Part shown: one piece after another, positions 1 through 8,896 of the stretch
Position numbering within the stretch: position 1 is the stretch's first letter
How the letters are laid out: each line of letters opens with the position of its first letter
NCBI RefSeq assembly: GCF_001017655.1
Contig: NZ_CP010904.1
Coordinates: 1,350,001 to 1,382,000, forward strand
Reading direction: 5' to 3'
Source: Kiritimatiella glycovorans
GTDB lineage: Bacteria; Verrucomicrobiota; Kiritimatiellia; Kiritimatiellales; Kiritimatiellaceae
DNA length: 32,000 nucleotides
Translations under genes and position numbers: made by a program
The notes under the pieces: generated by a model
Databases searched by the model: none
Told to the model about the DNA's origin: nothing
What the model saw: only the letters and a program-made list of their open reading frames with translations

Positions 1-107
1 ATCGTAGGCACCAGGCCGACCGTCCGTCCTGCACGCCGTTCTTCAGCGACGCGACGCTGCATCGGCGCCGGTTCGTCGATCACCTCGGGTTCGCTCCGTA
101 CCGTCAT
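1..107 (-). CDS. panC: pantoate--beta-alanine ligase, N-terminal fragment (gene runs off the left edge)
   Basis: Minus-strand ATG at 107..105 overlaps the panB stop (ATGA). My translation is MTVRSEPEVIDEPAPMQRRVAEERRAGRTVGLVPTM..., ending in the conserved PanC GxVPTMG motif. It lies directly downstream of panB. Confidence 0.7.
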   Translation of the reverse strand, partial: MTVRSEPEVIDEPAPMQRRVAEERRAGRTVGLVPT

Positions 108-910
108 CGGGCGTCCCCGCCGTAGCAGTGTTCTGAGGAGGGGAACCGGCGCGACCCGACTTCGTCGCGGAAGGCTTCGACCGCACGCTGGGCTTCCGAC
201 GCGAAATCGGCATAGCGTTTTACAAACCGCGGCGCCCTGCCCCGGTTCATTCCCAGCAGATCGGAGATCACGAGCACCTGCCCGTCGCAGTCCGGGCCCG
301 CGCCGATCCCGATCGTGGGGATCGTGAGCGCCTCGGTGATCTTCGCACCCAACGAAGCGGGCATACACTCGAGCACCACCGCGAACGCGCCCGCCTGCTC
401 CACGGCCATCGCGTCGTCGAGCAGACGCCGCACCTCTTCGGGCTCGCGTCCCTGGATCCTGTAGCCTCCGATCTCGCGCACACTCTGCGGCGTGAGCCCG
501 ATATGGCCCAGCACGGGAATCCCGTTCTCCCGGCAGGCCGAGATCAGCTCCGCGCGATGCGCCCCGCCCTCGATTTTCACGGCGTCGGAACGCGCCTGTT
601 TCAGGAATCGTCCGGCGCTGCGCAGGCCGTCGGCCACGGAGGGCTGATAGGACATGAACGGCATATCGGCCACGATCAGGGCCGAGGTCACCACGCGGCC
701 TACCGCCGCGGCGTGGTGCAGCATCTCGTCCATCGTCACGGGCAGCGTGTCGTCATACCCCAGCACCGTGCCGGCGAGCGAATCGCCGACCAGACACAGC
801 GGAAGGCCCGCCTCGTCGGCGATGCGACCCGTGAAGGCGTCGTACGCCGTGAGGGCCGCAAACGGGTCGCCTCCCTTGAGTTCCCTCAATTTTCGTGCCG
901 TCCACTTCAT
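104..910 (-). CDS. panB: 3-methyl-2-oxobutanoate hydroxymethyltransferase (ketopantoate hydroxymethyltransferase)
   Basis: 268-aa ORF with full-length PanB-like sequence (LTAYDA..., VGDSLA..VLGYD.TLPVT, VKIEGG, IPVLGHIGLTPQS, ECMP). Confidence 0.95.
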   Translation of the reverse strand: MKWTARKLRELKGGDPFAALTAYDAFTGRIADEAGLPLCLVGDSLAGTVLGYDDTLPVTMDEMLHHAAAVGRVVTSALIVADMPFMSYQPSVADGLRSAGRFLKQARSDAVKIEGGAHRAELISACRENGIPVLGHIGLTPQSVREIGGYRIQGREPEEVRRLLDDAMAVEQAGAFAVVLECMPASLGAKITEALTIPTIGIGAGPDCDGQVLVISDLLGMNRGRAPRFVKRYADFASEAQRAVEAFRDEVGSRRFPSSEHCYGGDAR

Positions 911-919
911 GGGGACATC

Positions 920-1423
920 CTACCACTTTTCGGCGAAGAGTTCGATCCCCGCGGGGTCTTCGAGTTCCTCGAGCACGCGGGCCACGCGGCGCGTCTCTCC
1001 GGGCAGTACAGCATCCGGGCGCACATCGCAGAGCGGACGCACCACGAACTTTCGCTCGCGCCAGCGCGGGTGCGGCACCGTCAAATCCGCCGAAGAGCGC
1101 ACGAGATCGTCCACGTAGAGGAGATCGACGTCTACATTACGCGGTGCGTAGCGGTCGTCTGAACGAACCCGTCCCAGGGCGTCTTCGATCTCGCCGATCC
1201 GCGCCTTCCAGCGCTCCGGACCGTATTCGCTTTCGACAATCACCACGGCATTCAGGAAGAACAGATGGGAGAACTCAGGCCGGACGCCCACCGGTTCCGT
1301 TTCGTACACCCGGGACTGTGCGGCGAGCGCAGCGCCCTCCGTGGCGGCGAGCAGATCGCGGGCCCGCGACAGATGGGCGAGCCGGTCGCCGCGATTCGAT
1401 CCAAGGCTGAACGCCGCTTCCAT
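920..1423 (-). CDS. folK: 2-amino-4-hydroxy-6-hydroxymethyldihydropteridine diphosphokinase (HPPK)
   Basis: The HPPK-like part of ORF 920..1720 begins at MEAAFSLGSNRGDR. It carries YETEPVG, FLNAVV, PRNVDVDLL and LTVPHPRWRERKFVVRPL. The ATG at 1423..1421 overlaps the murB stop (ATGA). The upstream ORF extension is Arg/Pro-rich noise. Confidence 0.9.
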   Translation of the reverse strand: MEAAFSLGSNRGDRLAHLSRARDLLAATEGAALAAQSRVYETEPVGVRPEFSHLFFLNAVVIVESEYGPERWKARIGEIEDALGRVRSDDRYAPRNVDVDLLYVDDLVRSSADLTVPHPRWRERKFVVRPLCDVRPDAVLPGETRRVARVLEELEDPAGIELFAEKW

Positions 1424-2367
1424 CAGTCCTGCTGCTCCTCCCGGGATCCCGTCTCGAAAAGACCCATGAGCCTGATTTCGCGCTGCAGTTCGATCTCGAA
1501 TCGGTCGTATACCGCCCTCTCCATCCGGCGCATCAGCGTGAGGACGTCTTCCGCGCGGCAGCCGGGTTCGGCGACAATGATATTGGCGTGTCGCTCGTAG
1601 ACCTTCGCCCGGCCGGAATGCGCTCCCTTCATCCCCGCCTGTTCGAGGAACCAGCCGGCGGACTGCCTGCGCCGGACGGCCGATCCCGGCTCGACATTGC
1701 GGAAGACGCTGCCCGCGCACGCCGTCGTCCGCCAGTCCGGATGCCGCTCGCGGCGGTACTGCAGGATACGCTCGCGTTCGCGGCGGGGTTCCTCCGGGTC
1801 CTGTTCGGGAAGAAAGAGGTCGGCCTCCAGCACGATCTCACCCGAGCGCCGCAGGCGCGAGTCCCGGTACTCGAAATGGAGTCGCTCACCGTCGGCGCGG
1901 TACGTGTCGCCCTCCAGCCCGAGCAGGCGCACGCTGCGCACCAGATCGCCGATCTGGCGGCCGAACGCCCCCGCATTACCGGCAATCGCGCCCCCCACCG
2001 TGCCCGGAATACCCGAGCAGAAGGAGAGGTCGCCCCAGCCCCGTTCCAGGGCGGCGGCCGCAAATGCATCCAGCGGCGTGCTGCCTTCGACCCGGACGAA
2101 GTCACCCTTGCGTTCGAACCGGACTTTTTCGTCATAGAACCGGAGGACCGGATGCGGCAGCCCGGCATCGGCCACGAGGAGGTTGGACCCCTGCCCGACG
2201 ACCCGGTATCCGCGCACGCCGCGTTCGCGCAGCGCGTTTACGCATCGAAGCAGAGATTCGGCGTCGGGGCAGCGGTGCAGCTCCGGACAGTCGCCCCCGA
2301 TGCGGAAGGTCGTGTACTCCGCCAGGCGAGCCCTGCCGGGCGCCGTCCCTCGGTCTGTTGCCGTCAT
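1423..2367 (-). CDS. murB: UDP-N-acetylenolpyruvoylglucosamine reductase
   Basis: MurB motifs are present: FRIGG, VVGQGSNLLVAD, GIPGTVGGAIAGNAGAFG, AGSVFRN. The start at 2367 (MTATD) has GGAAGGA 8 nt upstream. The alternative ATG at 2376 abuts that SD. Confidence 0.92.
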   Translation of the reverse strand: MTATDRGTAPGRARLAEYTTFRIGGDCPELHRCPDAESLLRCVNALRERGVRGYRVVGQGSNLLVADAGLPHPVLRFYDEKVRFERKGDFVRVEGSTPLDAFAAAALERGWGDLSFCSGIPGTVGGAIAGNAGAFGRQIGDLVRSVRLLGLEGDTYRADGERLHFEYRDSRLRRSGEIVLEADLFLPEQDPEEPRRERERILQYRRERHPDWRTTACAGSVFRNVEPGSAVRRRQSAGWFLEQAGMKGAHSGRAKVYERHANIIVAEPGCRAEDVLTLMRRMERAVYDRFEIELQREIRLMGLFETGSREEQQD

Positions 2368-2498
2368 ATCGATCATCCTTCCATTAAACCCGATATCTGG
2401 AAGCGTGGGAACAGGAAACGGGATTTGACGCGCAAAAAGGTTTGTTCAGTTCGTCGGCTGTGGTCTACTGGAATCGAATTCTGAACGGGAGTTCGACG

Positions 2499-3044
2499 AT
2501 GGAATCTCAGTGGTACTACGCGGACCGGAAGAACCAGCCCAGCGGACCTTTCGCGCCGTCGCGCATACGCGAGATGATCCGTAACGGGGACCTCAACCAG
2601 GACACGCTCCTCTGGCGCGAGGGCATGCAGACCTGGACCCCCCTCCGGCGCACCGAGTTTTCGCGCACGGCCGCGGGCGCGACATCCCGCACCGCACCGG
2701 CGGGCGGCGCGCGCAACGTACCCGCGGGCCTGCGGGGGTGGATGGCGTTTATCGGCATCTACCACGTCGTCACCGGAATCCTGGCCTGCCTGACGATCAT
2801 CGGGGCGATCTGGGGGGTTCCGATGATTATATCGGGCGTGGCCCTCTTCGGCGCGAAACGGGAACTCGACGACGGCCCCGACCCGGCCACCCTCTATCAG
2901 AAGCTGCGTTCCCACTTCGCCGCGTACGGGTTCCTCCTGCTGCTCGGGCTTATCGGCACCCTGATCTACCTCGTCCTGGCAGCCACGGTATTCGGCAGTG
3001 TCGCGGCCCGGATGATGCATTCCATGCCCTCCGTTGGCGGCTGA
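2499..3044 (+). CDS. GYF_2 (DUF4339)-domain membrane protein
   Basis: The N-terminus MESQWYYADRKNQPSGPFAPSRIREMIRNGDLNQDTLLWREGMQTWTPL is a typical bacterial GYF-like domain. The C-terminal half has hydrophobic helices (WMAFIGIYHVVTGILACLTIIGAIWGVPMIISGVALF, FLLLLGLIGTLIYLVLAATVF). ATG confirmed at 2499. Confidence 0.75.
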   Translation: MESQWYYADRKNQPSGPFAPSRIREMIRNGDLNQDTLLWREGMQTWTPLRRTEFSRTAAGATSRTAPAGGARNVPAGLRGWMAFIGIYHVVTGILACLTIIGAIWGVPMIISGVALFGAKRELDDGPDPATLYQKLRSHFAAYGFLLLLGLIGTLIYLVLAATVFGSVAARMMHSMPSVGG

Positions 3045-3052
3045 ATCATCCC

Positions 3053-3832
3053 ATGACCCTCCGGATCACTTCTGCGAATAATCCGCGCTTCAAACGCGTG
3101 CGCTCGCTGGGCGGCACGCGGAAGCCGCATCGCGAGGAACACGTATTTCTGCTCGAGAGCCCGCGCGCGATAGCGGCCCTGGAACACGACCGCAACGGAT
3201 TCGGCCGGGTACGGGAACTCTGGTTCGAGGAGGGACGCGGGCTGGAGGACCGCTGGTCGGGCTCTTTTGAACAGGCGTCCCGTTTTTCGCTGCCGGCCCC
3301 GCTCTTCAGCAGACTGACCTCCGTAAAGAACAGTCAGGGGATCCTCGCCGTGGTCGAATACATGCCGCCCGAACTGCGGATCCATGACCGCCAGGGCCGC
3401 TACGTGGTCCTCGACGGCCTGGGCGATCCCGGCAACATGGGGACGCTGATACGCACGGCGGTGGCGGCGGGGGTGGACGCCATCCTGCTTCACGGGCCCT
3501 GCGCCGATCCCTTCAATCCGAAATGCGTCCGCGCTTCCATGGGCATGCTGCCCCTGATCGGCCTTCATCGCGCTTCCGAAGAATGCTGGATGGAACTGGA
3601 GCGAGGGGGGTACGACATCGTCGGCCTCGCCGCCGGCGAAGGAGAGAATCTCTTCGAAACGGCCTTCCCCCCCTGCTCGGTCGTCGTGCTCGGCCACGAA
3701 GCCCACGGCCTCAGTTCCGAAGCGCGCCGGCGCTGCAGCCGCATGGTACACATCCCGATGCGCCCCGCCTGCGAGTCCTTGAACGCGGCCGTCGCCGGCG
3801 CCCTGGCCATGTACGCGACGCGGAGGGTATAA
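3053..3832 (+). CDS. SpoU/TrmH-family RNA 2'-O-methyltransferase
   Basis: All three SpoU motifs are present: VLDGLGDPGNMGTLIRTAVAAG, VVLGHEAHGLS, IPMRPACESLNAAVAGALAMY. ATG at 3053 (MTLRITS). The upstream part of ORF 2738.. overlaps the GYF gene in another frame. Confidence 0.85.
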   Translation: MTLRITSANNPRFKRVRSLGGTRKPHREEHVFLLESPRAIAALEHDRNGFGRVRELWFEEGRGLEDRWSGSFEQASRFSLPAPLFSRLTSVKNSQGILAVVEYMPPELRIHDRQGRYVVLDGLGDPGNMGTLIRTAVAAGVDAILLHGPCADPFNPKCVRASMGMLPLIGLHRASEECWMELERGGYDIVGLAAGEGENLFETAFPPCSVVVLGHEAHGLSSEARRRCSRMVHIPMRPACESLNAAVAGALAMYATRRV

Positions 3833-3850
3833 CGTCTCCCTCGCCTCCTC

Positions 3851-4363
3851 TTACGTCTCCCCTTCGCCCCGGCTCATGATGACCGCGCCGGTGTTGACCA
3901 GCTCGATCATCCGGAACTTCGAGAGCATGCCCACGAGCGCGTCGAGCTTCTCCGGATCGCCGGTCGCCATGAGAATCATTGAGTTCTCGGTCAGGTCGAC
4001 CGTCTTGCAGCCGAAGTGTTCCGAGATCTGCAGGGCCTCCGCCCGGTCCTCCGATCCCACGGCGAGCTTGATCAGGGCCATCTCCTTGGTGACCGTATCG
4101 TCGTAGGTATGGTCCGTGCAGTGCAGGACGTCGACCAGTTTCGAGACCTTGCGGATGAGCTGATCGAGCACCTCGGATTCGCCGCTGACGCCGATGGTCA
4201 TGCGCGAGAACGTCCCGTCCATGGCCGGCGAGACCACCAGCGATTCGATATTGAATCCCCGCCGTGAAAAGACCTGCGCGACCCGGGCCAGCACGCCCGG
4301 TTTGTTCGCGACATAGACGCTCAGTGCGTGGATCTCCCGTGAATTTGCACCACCTGTTTTCAT
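3851..4363 (-). CDS. ilvN: acetolactate synthase small (regulatory) subunit
   Basis: ACT-domain sequence LSVYVANKPGVLARVAQVFSRRGFNIESLVVS, a length of 170 aa, and position immediately downstream of the large subunit. Confidence 0.92.
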   Translation of the reverse strand: MKTGGANSREIHALSVYVANKPGVLARVAQVFSRRGFNIESLVVSPAMDGTFSRMTIGVSGESEVLDQLIRKVSKLVDVLHCTDHTYDDTVTKEMALIKLAVGSEDRAEALQISEHFGCKTVDLTENSMILMATGDPEKLDALVGMLSKFRMIELVNTGAVIMSRGEGET

Positions 4364-4376
4364 TGTGACTCCTCCC

Positions 4377-6107
4377 TCAGGTCGATCCCGTCGGTTTATC
4401 CAGCTTCTGCCCTTTGCGCGGGGGGTCGATCATCATGTCCTCAAGCGCCTTGCCCGCGGGCACCATCGGAAAGACGTTGTCCGTCTTCTCGACCTCCGCA
4501 TTGATCAGGCACGGGCCGTCGTTCCACTCCAGCATTCTTCCCAGCACCTTGCGGACATCCCCGGAGCGGCGCAGATTGAATCCCTTGACGCCGAAGGCCG
4601 AGGCGAGCTTGACGAAGTCCGGATTGCCCTCCAGATCGACGCCGCTGGTACGGTCCTCGTAGAACAGCTCCTGCCACTGCCGGACCATGCCCAGGTAGTG
4701 GTTGTTCATCACGATGATCTTCAGCGGAAGATTGTGCAGACGCGCGGTGGCCAGTTCGTAACAGGTCATCTGGAACCCCCCGTCGCCGACGATCGCGACC
4801 GTCAGGTCGTCCGGCCGCCCGAACTGCGCGCCGATCGCCGCGGGCAGACCGAAGCCCATCGTGCCCGCTCCGCCCGAGGTCAGGAAATTATGCGGGTCGT
4901 CGCTGCGATAGAACTGCGCCGCCCACATCTGATGCTGGCCGACGTCCGTCGCCACCACCGCACGGCCTTCGGTCATCTTGTAGAGTTCATCGATGATATG
5001 CGCCATCTTAAGCCCGCCCTGCTTCCGATACCGGAGCGGGTATTTTCTGCGATATTTTGCGAGCCGCTCGATCCAGTCGCCGGTATCCAGTTCCGGGACG
5101 TGTTTGGCCAGTTCCGCCGTGACCTCGCGCGCATCCCCGACACAGTAGAGATCGGGGCGGATCATCTTGTAGACCTCCGCGCGATCGATGTCGATATGCA
5201 GAATCCGGGCCTGTTTCGCGAACTGCGCGGGATTGCCGAGTATGCGGTCGTCGAAACGCGAACCGATATTGAGGATCAGGTCGCACTCACACACCGCTTT
5301 GTTCGCATAAGCCGTCCCGTGCATGCCGAGCATGCCCAGCGAGAGAGGATGGCTCTCCGGAAAGGCGCCCTTGCCGAGCAGCGTGGTCGTGACCGGCGCC
5401 TTGATCTTCTCCGCCAGCCGCCGGATCTCCTTTTCCGCACGCGACATGACCGCGCCATGACCGGCCAGGATCAGCGGCCTCCTCGACTTGCTCAGCATCT
5501 CGGCCATCTCCTGGACGTCCGCAGGCTCATATTCCGGCGTGTCCGGCCTGTACCCGGGCAGATCCATCGGCGCGTGCAGGTCCGCCGTACAGTCGCCCGC
5601 GCTGACGTCCTTGGGGACGTCGATCAGGACCGGTCCGGGACGACCCGTGGTCGCGATGTGGAACGACTCCCGAAGAATCCGCGGCAGCTGGTTGGATTCC
5701 TTGACCAGATAACTGTGCTTCACGACCGGCATCGTGATGTCGAAGATGTCCGCCTCCTGAAAGGCGTCCTTGCCGATCATCGGCGTGACCGACTGCCCCG
5801 TCAGGACAATCATCGGAACCGAATCCATGTGCGCCGTCATGATTCCCGTGAGCGTGTTCGTCGCGCCCGGACCGCTCGTGACCAGAACCACCGCCGGTTT
5901 GCCCGTGGCCCGGGCATAACCGTCCGCCATATGCGTCGCACCCTGTTCATGACGGGTCAGAACAAACTGGATGCGCGTATTTGTGGTGACCATCGCGTCA
6001 AATATCGGGATCACCGCGCCGCCCGAGTACCCGAATATGTACTCGACCCCCTCGTTTTCAAGGCACCGGATGATGGCTTCGCCGCCACTTATCGGATCTG
6101 TTGCCAT
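4377..6107 (-). CDS. ilvB: acetolactate synthase large (catalytic) subunit, ThDP-dependent
   Basis: Motifs present: GYSGGAVIPIFDA, HEQGATHMADGYARATGKPAVVLVTSGPGATN, GTMGFGLPAAIGA, IVGDGGFQMT. The ATG at 6107 (MATDPISG) is preceded by GGAGG. The ORF-track start at 6122 is 5 codons upstream. Confidence 0.95.
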   Translation of the reverse strand: MATDPISGGEAIIRCLENEGVEYIFGYSGGAVIPIFDAMVTTNTRIQFVLTRHEQGATHMADGYARATGKPAVVLVTSGPGATNTLTGIMTAHMDSVPMIVLTGQSVTPMIGKDAFQEADIFDITMPVVKHSYLVKESNQLPRILRESFHIATTGRPGPVLIDVPKDVSAGDCTADLHAPMDLPGYRPDTPEYEPADVQEMAEMLSKSRRPLILAGHGAVMSRAEKEIRRLAEKIKAPVTTTLLGKGAFPESHPLSLGMLGMHGTAYANKAVCECDLILNIGSRFDDRILGNPAQFAKQARILHIDIDRAEVYKMIRPDLYCVGDAREVTAELAKHVPELDTGDWIERLAKYRRKYPLRYRKQGGLKMAHIIDELYKMTEGRAVVATDVGQHQMWAAQFYRSDDPHNFLTSGGAGTMGFGLPAAIGAQFGRPDDLTVAIVGDGGFQMTCYELATARLHNLPLKIIVMNNHYLGMVRQWQELFYEDRTSGVDLEGNPDFVKLASAFGVKGFNLRRSGDVRKVLGRMLEWNDGPCLINAEVEKTDNVFPMVPAGKALEDMMIDPPRKGQKLDKPTGST

Positions 6108-6350
6108 TTCGAACCTCCGCAAAGCTGTTAACTCAGCCTTTATCTTGTAAGTTGGAGACTATATCCCGCCGAAGTCTAAAATAAAGGATATTTTTATATA
6201 AATGTGGCCTCCCGGAAATCTATATCTCAAATCTTGAACGAATTTATATCTAATTGCGGGGTTTTCGCATGATTGACCGAAAAAAAGAGGGCTTTAGAGC
6301 TCATAGTGAGTGTGAGCACGGGTGCGCGTACGAGAAGGTGCTCTACGTGC

Positions 6351-8042
6351 TCAGAACGCGTTTTCGTTCAGGCGCTGGATGGCCTGGGCGATATTGAGAT
6401 TACGCTCGCCGATGCGTTCGAGGTGTCTCACCAGGTCGATAAACAGCACTTCCCCTCCCACGTCGGCGTCGGGGGTTGAAGCGATTTCCTCGTTTACATT
6501 TTTACGCAGCCCCTTGCGTGTCTTTTTGAGGGCCCGGTTCAGTCTGAGCGCCGTATCAAAATTGTACTCGGGCACCGAATAGGTCAGGTAATCCGCATTA
6601 TACTTGAGAAAGTCGAGAATCTCCGAGGTATAGGCGTACAGCTGCTCGTCGGCGTGTTCGTGGAATCCCATTCCCTTGCGCACTTTGCGGCGGAACAGCT
6701 GGACCAGCCGGTAGGCGCTGTCAGCGATGCTCTCCAGTTCCGAGGTCACCTTCTGCATGGCGAAGATTCGCTGGGCCTGCAGCTCGGTGACGGATTCTTT
6801 CATGCAGTCGGTGAGAAACTCGGTGATGCCGTCCTGCATCTGGTCGGTCAATTTCTCCGTCCGCTTCGATTCCTCCCGCAGTTCCTCCAGCTCGGCCGGA
6901 CTCGAATGATAGGCGTTCAGGCCTTTGAGAAGCATATCGTGCACCATCACCGCCATGCGGCCCACCTCAGCGCGCGCGCTGACGAGATCCGCCTCCAGCG
7001 CGTCCGTGGTTCGCGTGCGCACATGACTCACATGGAACGTTCCGATAGGCGCGGGGCCGTGTTCGCGGGGGCGGACCATGACCCTGGCCAGCCTGGCGAG
7101 CTGAGGCACGAACCCGATCAGCAGGGTTGTATTGGCCAGATTGAACAGGGTGTGGAACGCGGCCAGATGCACCGGGAGGGCGTGCGGGTCGTTGACACCG
7201 CCCGGAACGATCTGATCGACCATCTGCAGGAAAGGCTGATACACGGCCAGCATCCAGGCGACGCCGACGATATTGAAGACCATGTGCACACGCGCCGTGC
7301 GCTTTGCATTCGGTGACATCCCCAGTGAAGCCAGAAAGGCCGTGATCGTCGTTCCGATATTCTCGCCGAGCACGATCGCGGCGGCGATTTCAAAGTCAAT
7401 CCACCCGCTGTAGGCCATGGTCAGGGTAATGGCCATGGCGGCGGAGGAGGACTGCACGACGATGGTCAGAAGCGTCCCCAGCAGAATAAACAGCAGCACC
7501 GACCAGAATCCGGCATTGACCAGATGCTGCACGAACTCCAGGGCCTCGGGGTGTTTCGAAATATCGGGGACGGACTCCTTCATCACCGAAAGACCCATGA
7601 AGAGAATGCCGAAACCGAGCAGGATTTCAGACCATTCGCGCCGTTTCGGTATGCGGCTGAAAAAGAACGGCAGGGCCACCGCCACCGCGGGAAGGGCGAG
7701 CGAAGTGATCTTGAACTTAAACCCGAGCAGGGACACGATCCACGCCGTAAAGGTCGTCCCGATGTTGGCGCCCATGACCACGCCGATGGCCTGTTCCAGG
7801 GTCATGAGCGAGGCGTTCACCAGACTCACCAGCAGGATCGTGGTGGCCGACGATGACTGAATAATCGTGGTGACGCTGGCTCCCGTGATCACACCGAACA
7901 CACGATTGCTGGTCAGCGTCTGCAGCAGCTTGCGCAGGCGATCCCCGGCCCGGCGCCGCAGGCCGTCGCTCATCTGGTGCATGCCGTAAAGGAACAGGCC
8001 CAGCCCGCCGATCATATTGAGCAAAACAAAGAATCCGTGCAT
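6351..8042 (-). CDS. Na+/phosphate cotransporter family protein with C-terminal PhoU-like domain
   Basis: The Na/Pi-cotransporter signature is duplicated (VMGANIGTTFTAW and VLGENIGTTITAF) within a polytopic N-terminal half. The C-terminal third is soluble and helical, as in NptA/YjbB-type proteins. Confidence 0.88.
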   Translation of the reverse strand: MHGFFVLLNMIGGLGLFLYGMHQMSDGLRRRAGDRLRKLLQTLTSNRVFGVITGASVTTIIQSSSATTILLVSLVNASLMTLEQAIGVVMGANIGTTFTAWIVSLLGFKFKITSLALPAVAVALPFFFSRIPKRREWSEILLGFGILFMGLSVMKESVPDISKHPEALEFVQHLVNAGFWSVLLFILLGTLLTIVVQSSSAAMAITLTMAYSGWIDFEIAAAIVLGENIGTTITAFLASLGMSPNAKRTARVHMVFNIVGVAWMLAVYQPFLQMVDQIVPGGVNDPHALPVHLAAFHTLFNLANTTLLIGFVPQLARLARVMVRPREHGPAPIGTFHVSHVRTRTTDALEADLVSARAEVGRMAVMVHDMLLKGLNAYHSSPAELEELREESKRTEKLTDQMQDGITEFLTDCMKESVTELQAQRIFAMQKVTSELESIADSAYRLVQLFRRKVRKGMGFHEHADEQLYAYTSEILDFLKYNADYLTYSVPEYNFDTALRLNRALKKTRKGLRKNVNEEIASTPDADVGGEVLFIDLVRHLERIGERNLNIAQAIQRLNENAF

Positions 8043-8051
8043 ACCGCGCCC

Positions 8052-8735
8052 CTATTCTTCCTCTTCCATGAATTTCGCGTCCGCACTCTCCCGGAGAAAA
8101 CGCGCAAAATGCCGCCCGTGCACCGAATTCAGCGCAACTTTCCCGGGCAGAATCGTACGGTCAGAAAACTTGATCCGGCCGGAGATTTCGAGATAGCCCA
8201 CCGCCGTCTCCGGTTCCATCACGTAGGGCGGTTCGTTACGGCTTACGAGGAGGTAATTGAGGACGATATTGCCCGTGCGGTGATTGCCCTCCACAAACAG
8301 CTGCGGCTGGCTCAGCGCCGAGGCGTAAAATATCGATGCCGTACGGTACGGATCGCCCCGCTCCCGGTTCCGGATGACCCAGTCGCGGATACGTCCGATA
8401 CGGGCGGTGTATTTACGCCGCGCCATGAGAACGCTTTCGTGGTATTCCATCCGCGTACGCATGTCCGTCCCGCACAGTACGATATGATTGAGTTCAAGCA
8501 GCGAATGGAGACCGGCCAGCGAAAACAGGTCGACCCCCTTGCCCATCAGGCCATTCAGAAAACGGTACGCCTCGAGAATATGATCCACGATCTCGTCGGT
8601 GAGATCTTCGCGGTGCAGGGACAGTCGGCGGTTGATCGAATCAAATTCCTTCTGAACTCCGCGCAGCGACTGCTCAATGCGGCCGATGCTGAAATTTTTA
8701 TACGTGCGGAACCCCATGCGCGCGCCTTCTAACAT
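8052..8735 (-). CDS. hypothetical protein with degenerate Fic-like core motif
   Basis: QLFVEGNHRTGNIVLNYLL aligns to the Fic signature HPFx[DE]GNGRxxR followed by LLxNxxL, but with His->Gln, Gly->His and the final Arg->Asn. It ends 10 nt before the Na/Pi transporter start. The motif-level match is the only evidence. Confidence 0.45.
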   Translation of the reverse strand: MLEGARMGFRTYKNFSIGRIEQSLRGVQKEFDSINRRLSLHREDLTDEIVDHILEAYRFLNGLMGKGVDLFSLAGLHSLLELNHIVLCGTDMRTRMEYHESVLMARRKYTARIGRIRDWVIRNRERGDPYRTASIFYASALSQPQLFVEGNHRTGNIVLNYLLVSRNEPPYVMEPETAVGYLEISGRIKFSDRTILPGKVALNSVHGRHFARFLRESADAKFMEEEE

Positions 8736-8896
8736 ATCTCATTAGTTTTGTGTTAGCCGGGTTAGATTTCCGTACGCGGCGGCTGTTGTCAATCCGCGGC
8801 CCGGACCTCTTTTGAAGCCGCGATTGTTTTCGATTGCGCAACGTGCTCCACGGGCGTACGATCTACGTTTTTGCGTCTGTCAATAAAGGGCGTCCC

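Noticed and set aside
920-1720. Long N-terminal extensions in the ORF track: folK from 1720, the methyltransferase from 2738, rnfC from 8938, rnfD from 9696, rnfB from 13346 and the LVIVD gene from 16368.
   Set aside because: The extensions overlap the preceding genuine gene in another frame, are compositionally aberrant (Arg/Pro/Gly runs), and conserved sequence begins at an internal ATG/GTG that overlaps or closely follows the upstream stop.
4365-6131. 588-aa plus-strand ORF exactly antisense to ilvB. Similar long antisense ORFs lie at 27234-29621 (opposite bamA), 29476-30984 (opposite dnaB), 12075-13520 (opposite rnfE/rnfA) and 21940-23166 (opposite the U32 gene).
   Set aside because: The translations are Arg/Pro/Gly/His-rich low-complexity sequence with no recognisable motifs. 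The opposite strand encodes unmistakable conserved proteins. Long stop-free antisense frames are expected in high-G+C DNA.
6250-6270. Mini-ORF MRKPRN upstream of ilvB as a possible attenuation leader peptide.
   Set aside because: It has no Ile/Leu/Val codons and I could not identify an obvious alternative terminator/antiterminator pairing, so it is probably a chance ORF.
8052-8735. Fic-like gene as the toxin half of a toxin-antitoxin pair.
   Set aside because: There is no small partner ORF adjacent on either side and the catalytic histidine is absent, so an active Fic toxin module is not supported.
8834-8864. Sigma-70-like promoter TTGCGC-N17-TACGAT upstream of the RseC-like/rnf operon, and a TTGACA at 16360-16365 upstream of the LVIVD gene.
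   Set aside because: These are hexamer matches only. The promoter consensus of this lineage is unknown to me, and the TTGACA has no convincing -10 partner at 17±1 nt. The evidence is too weak to report as features.
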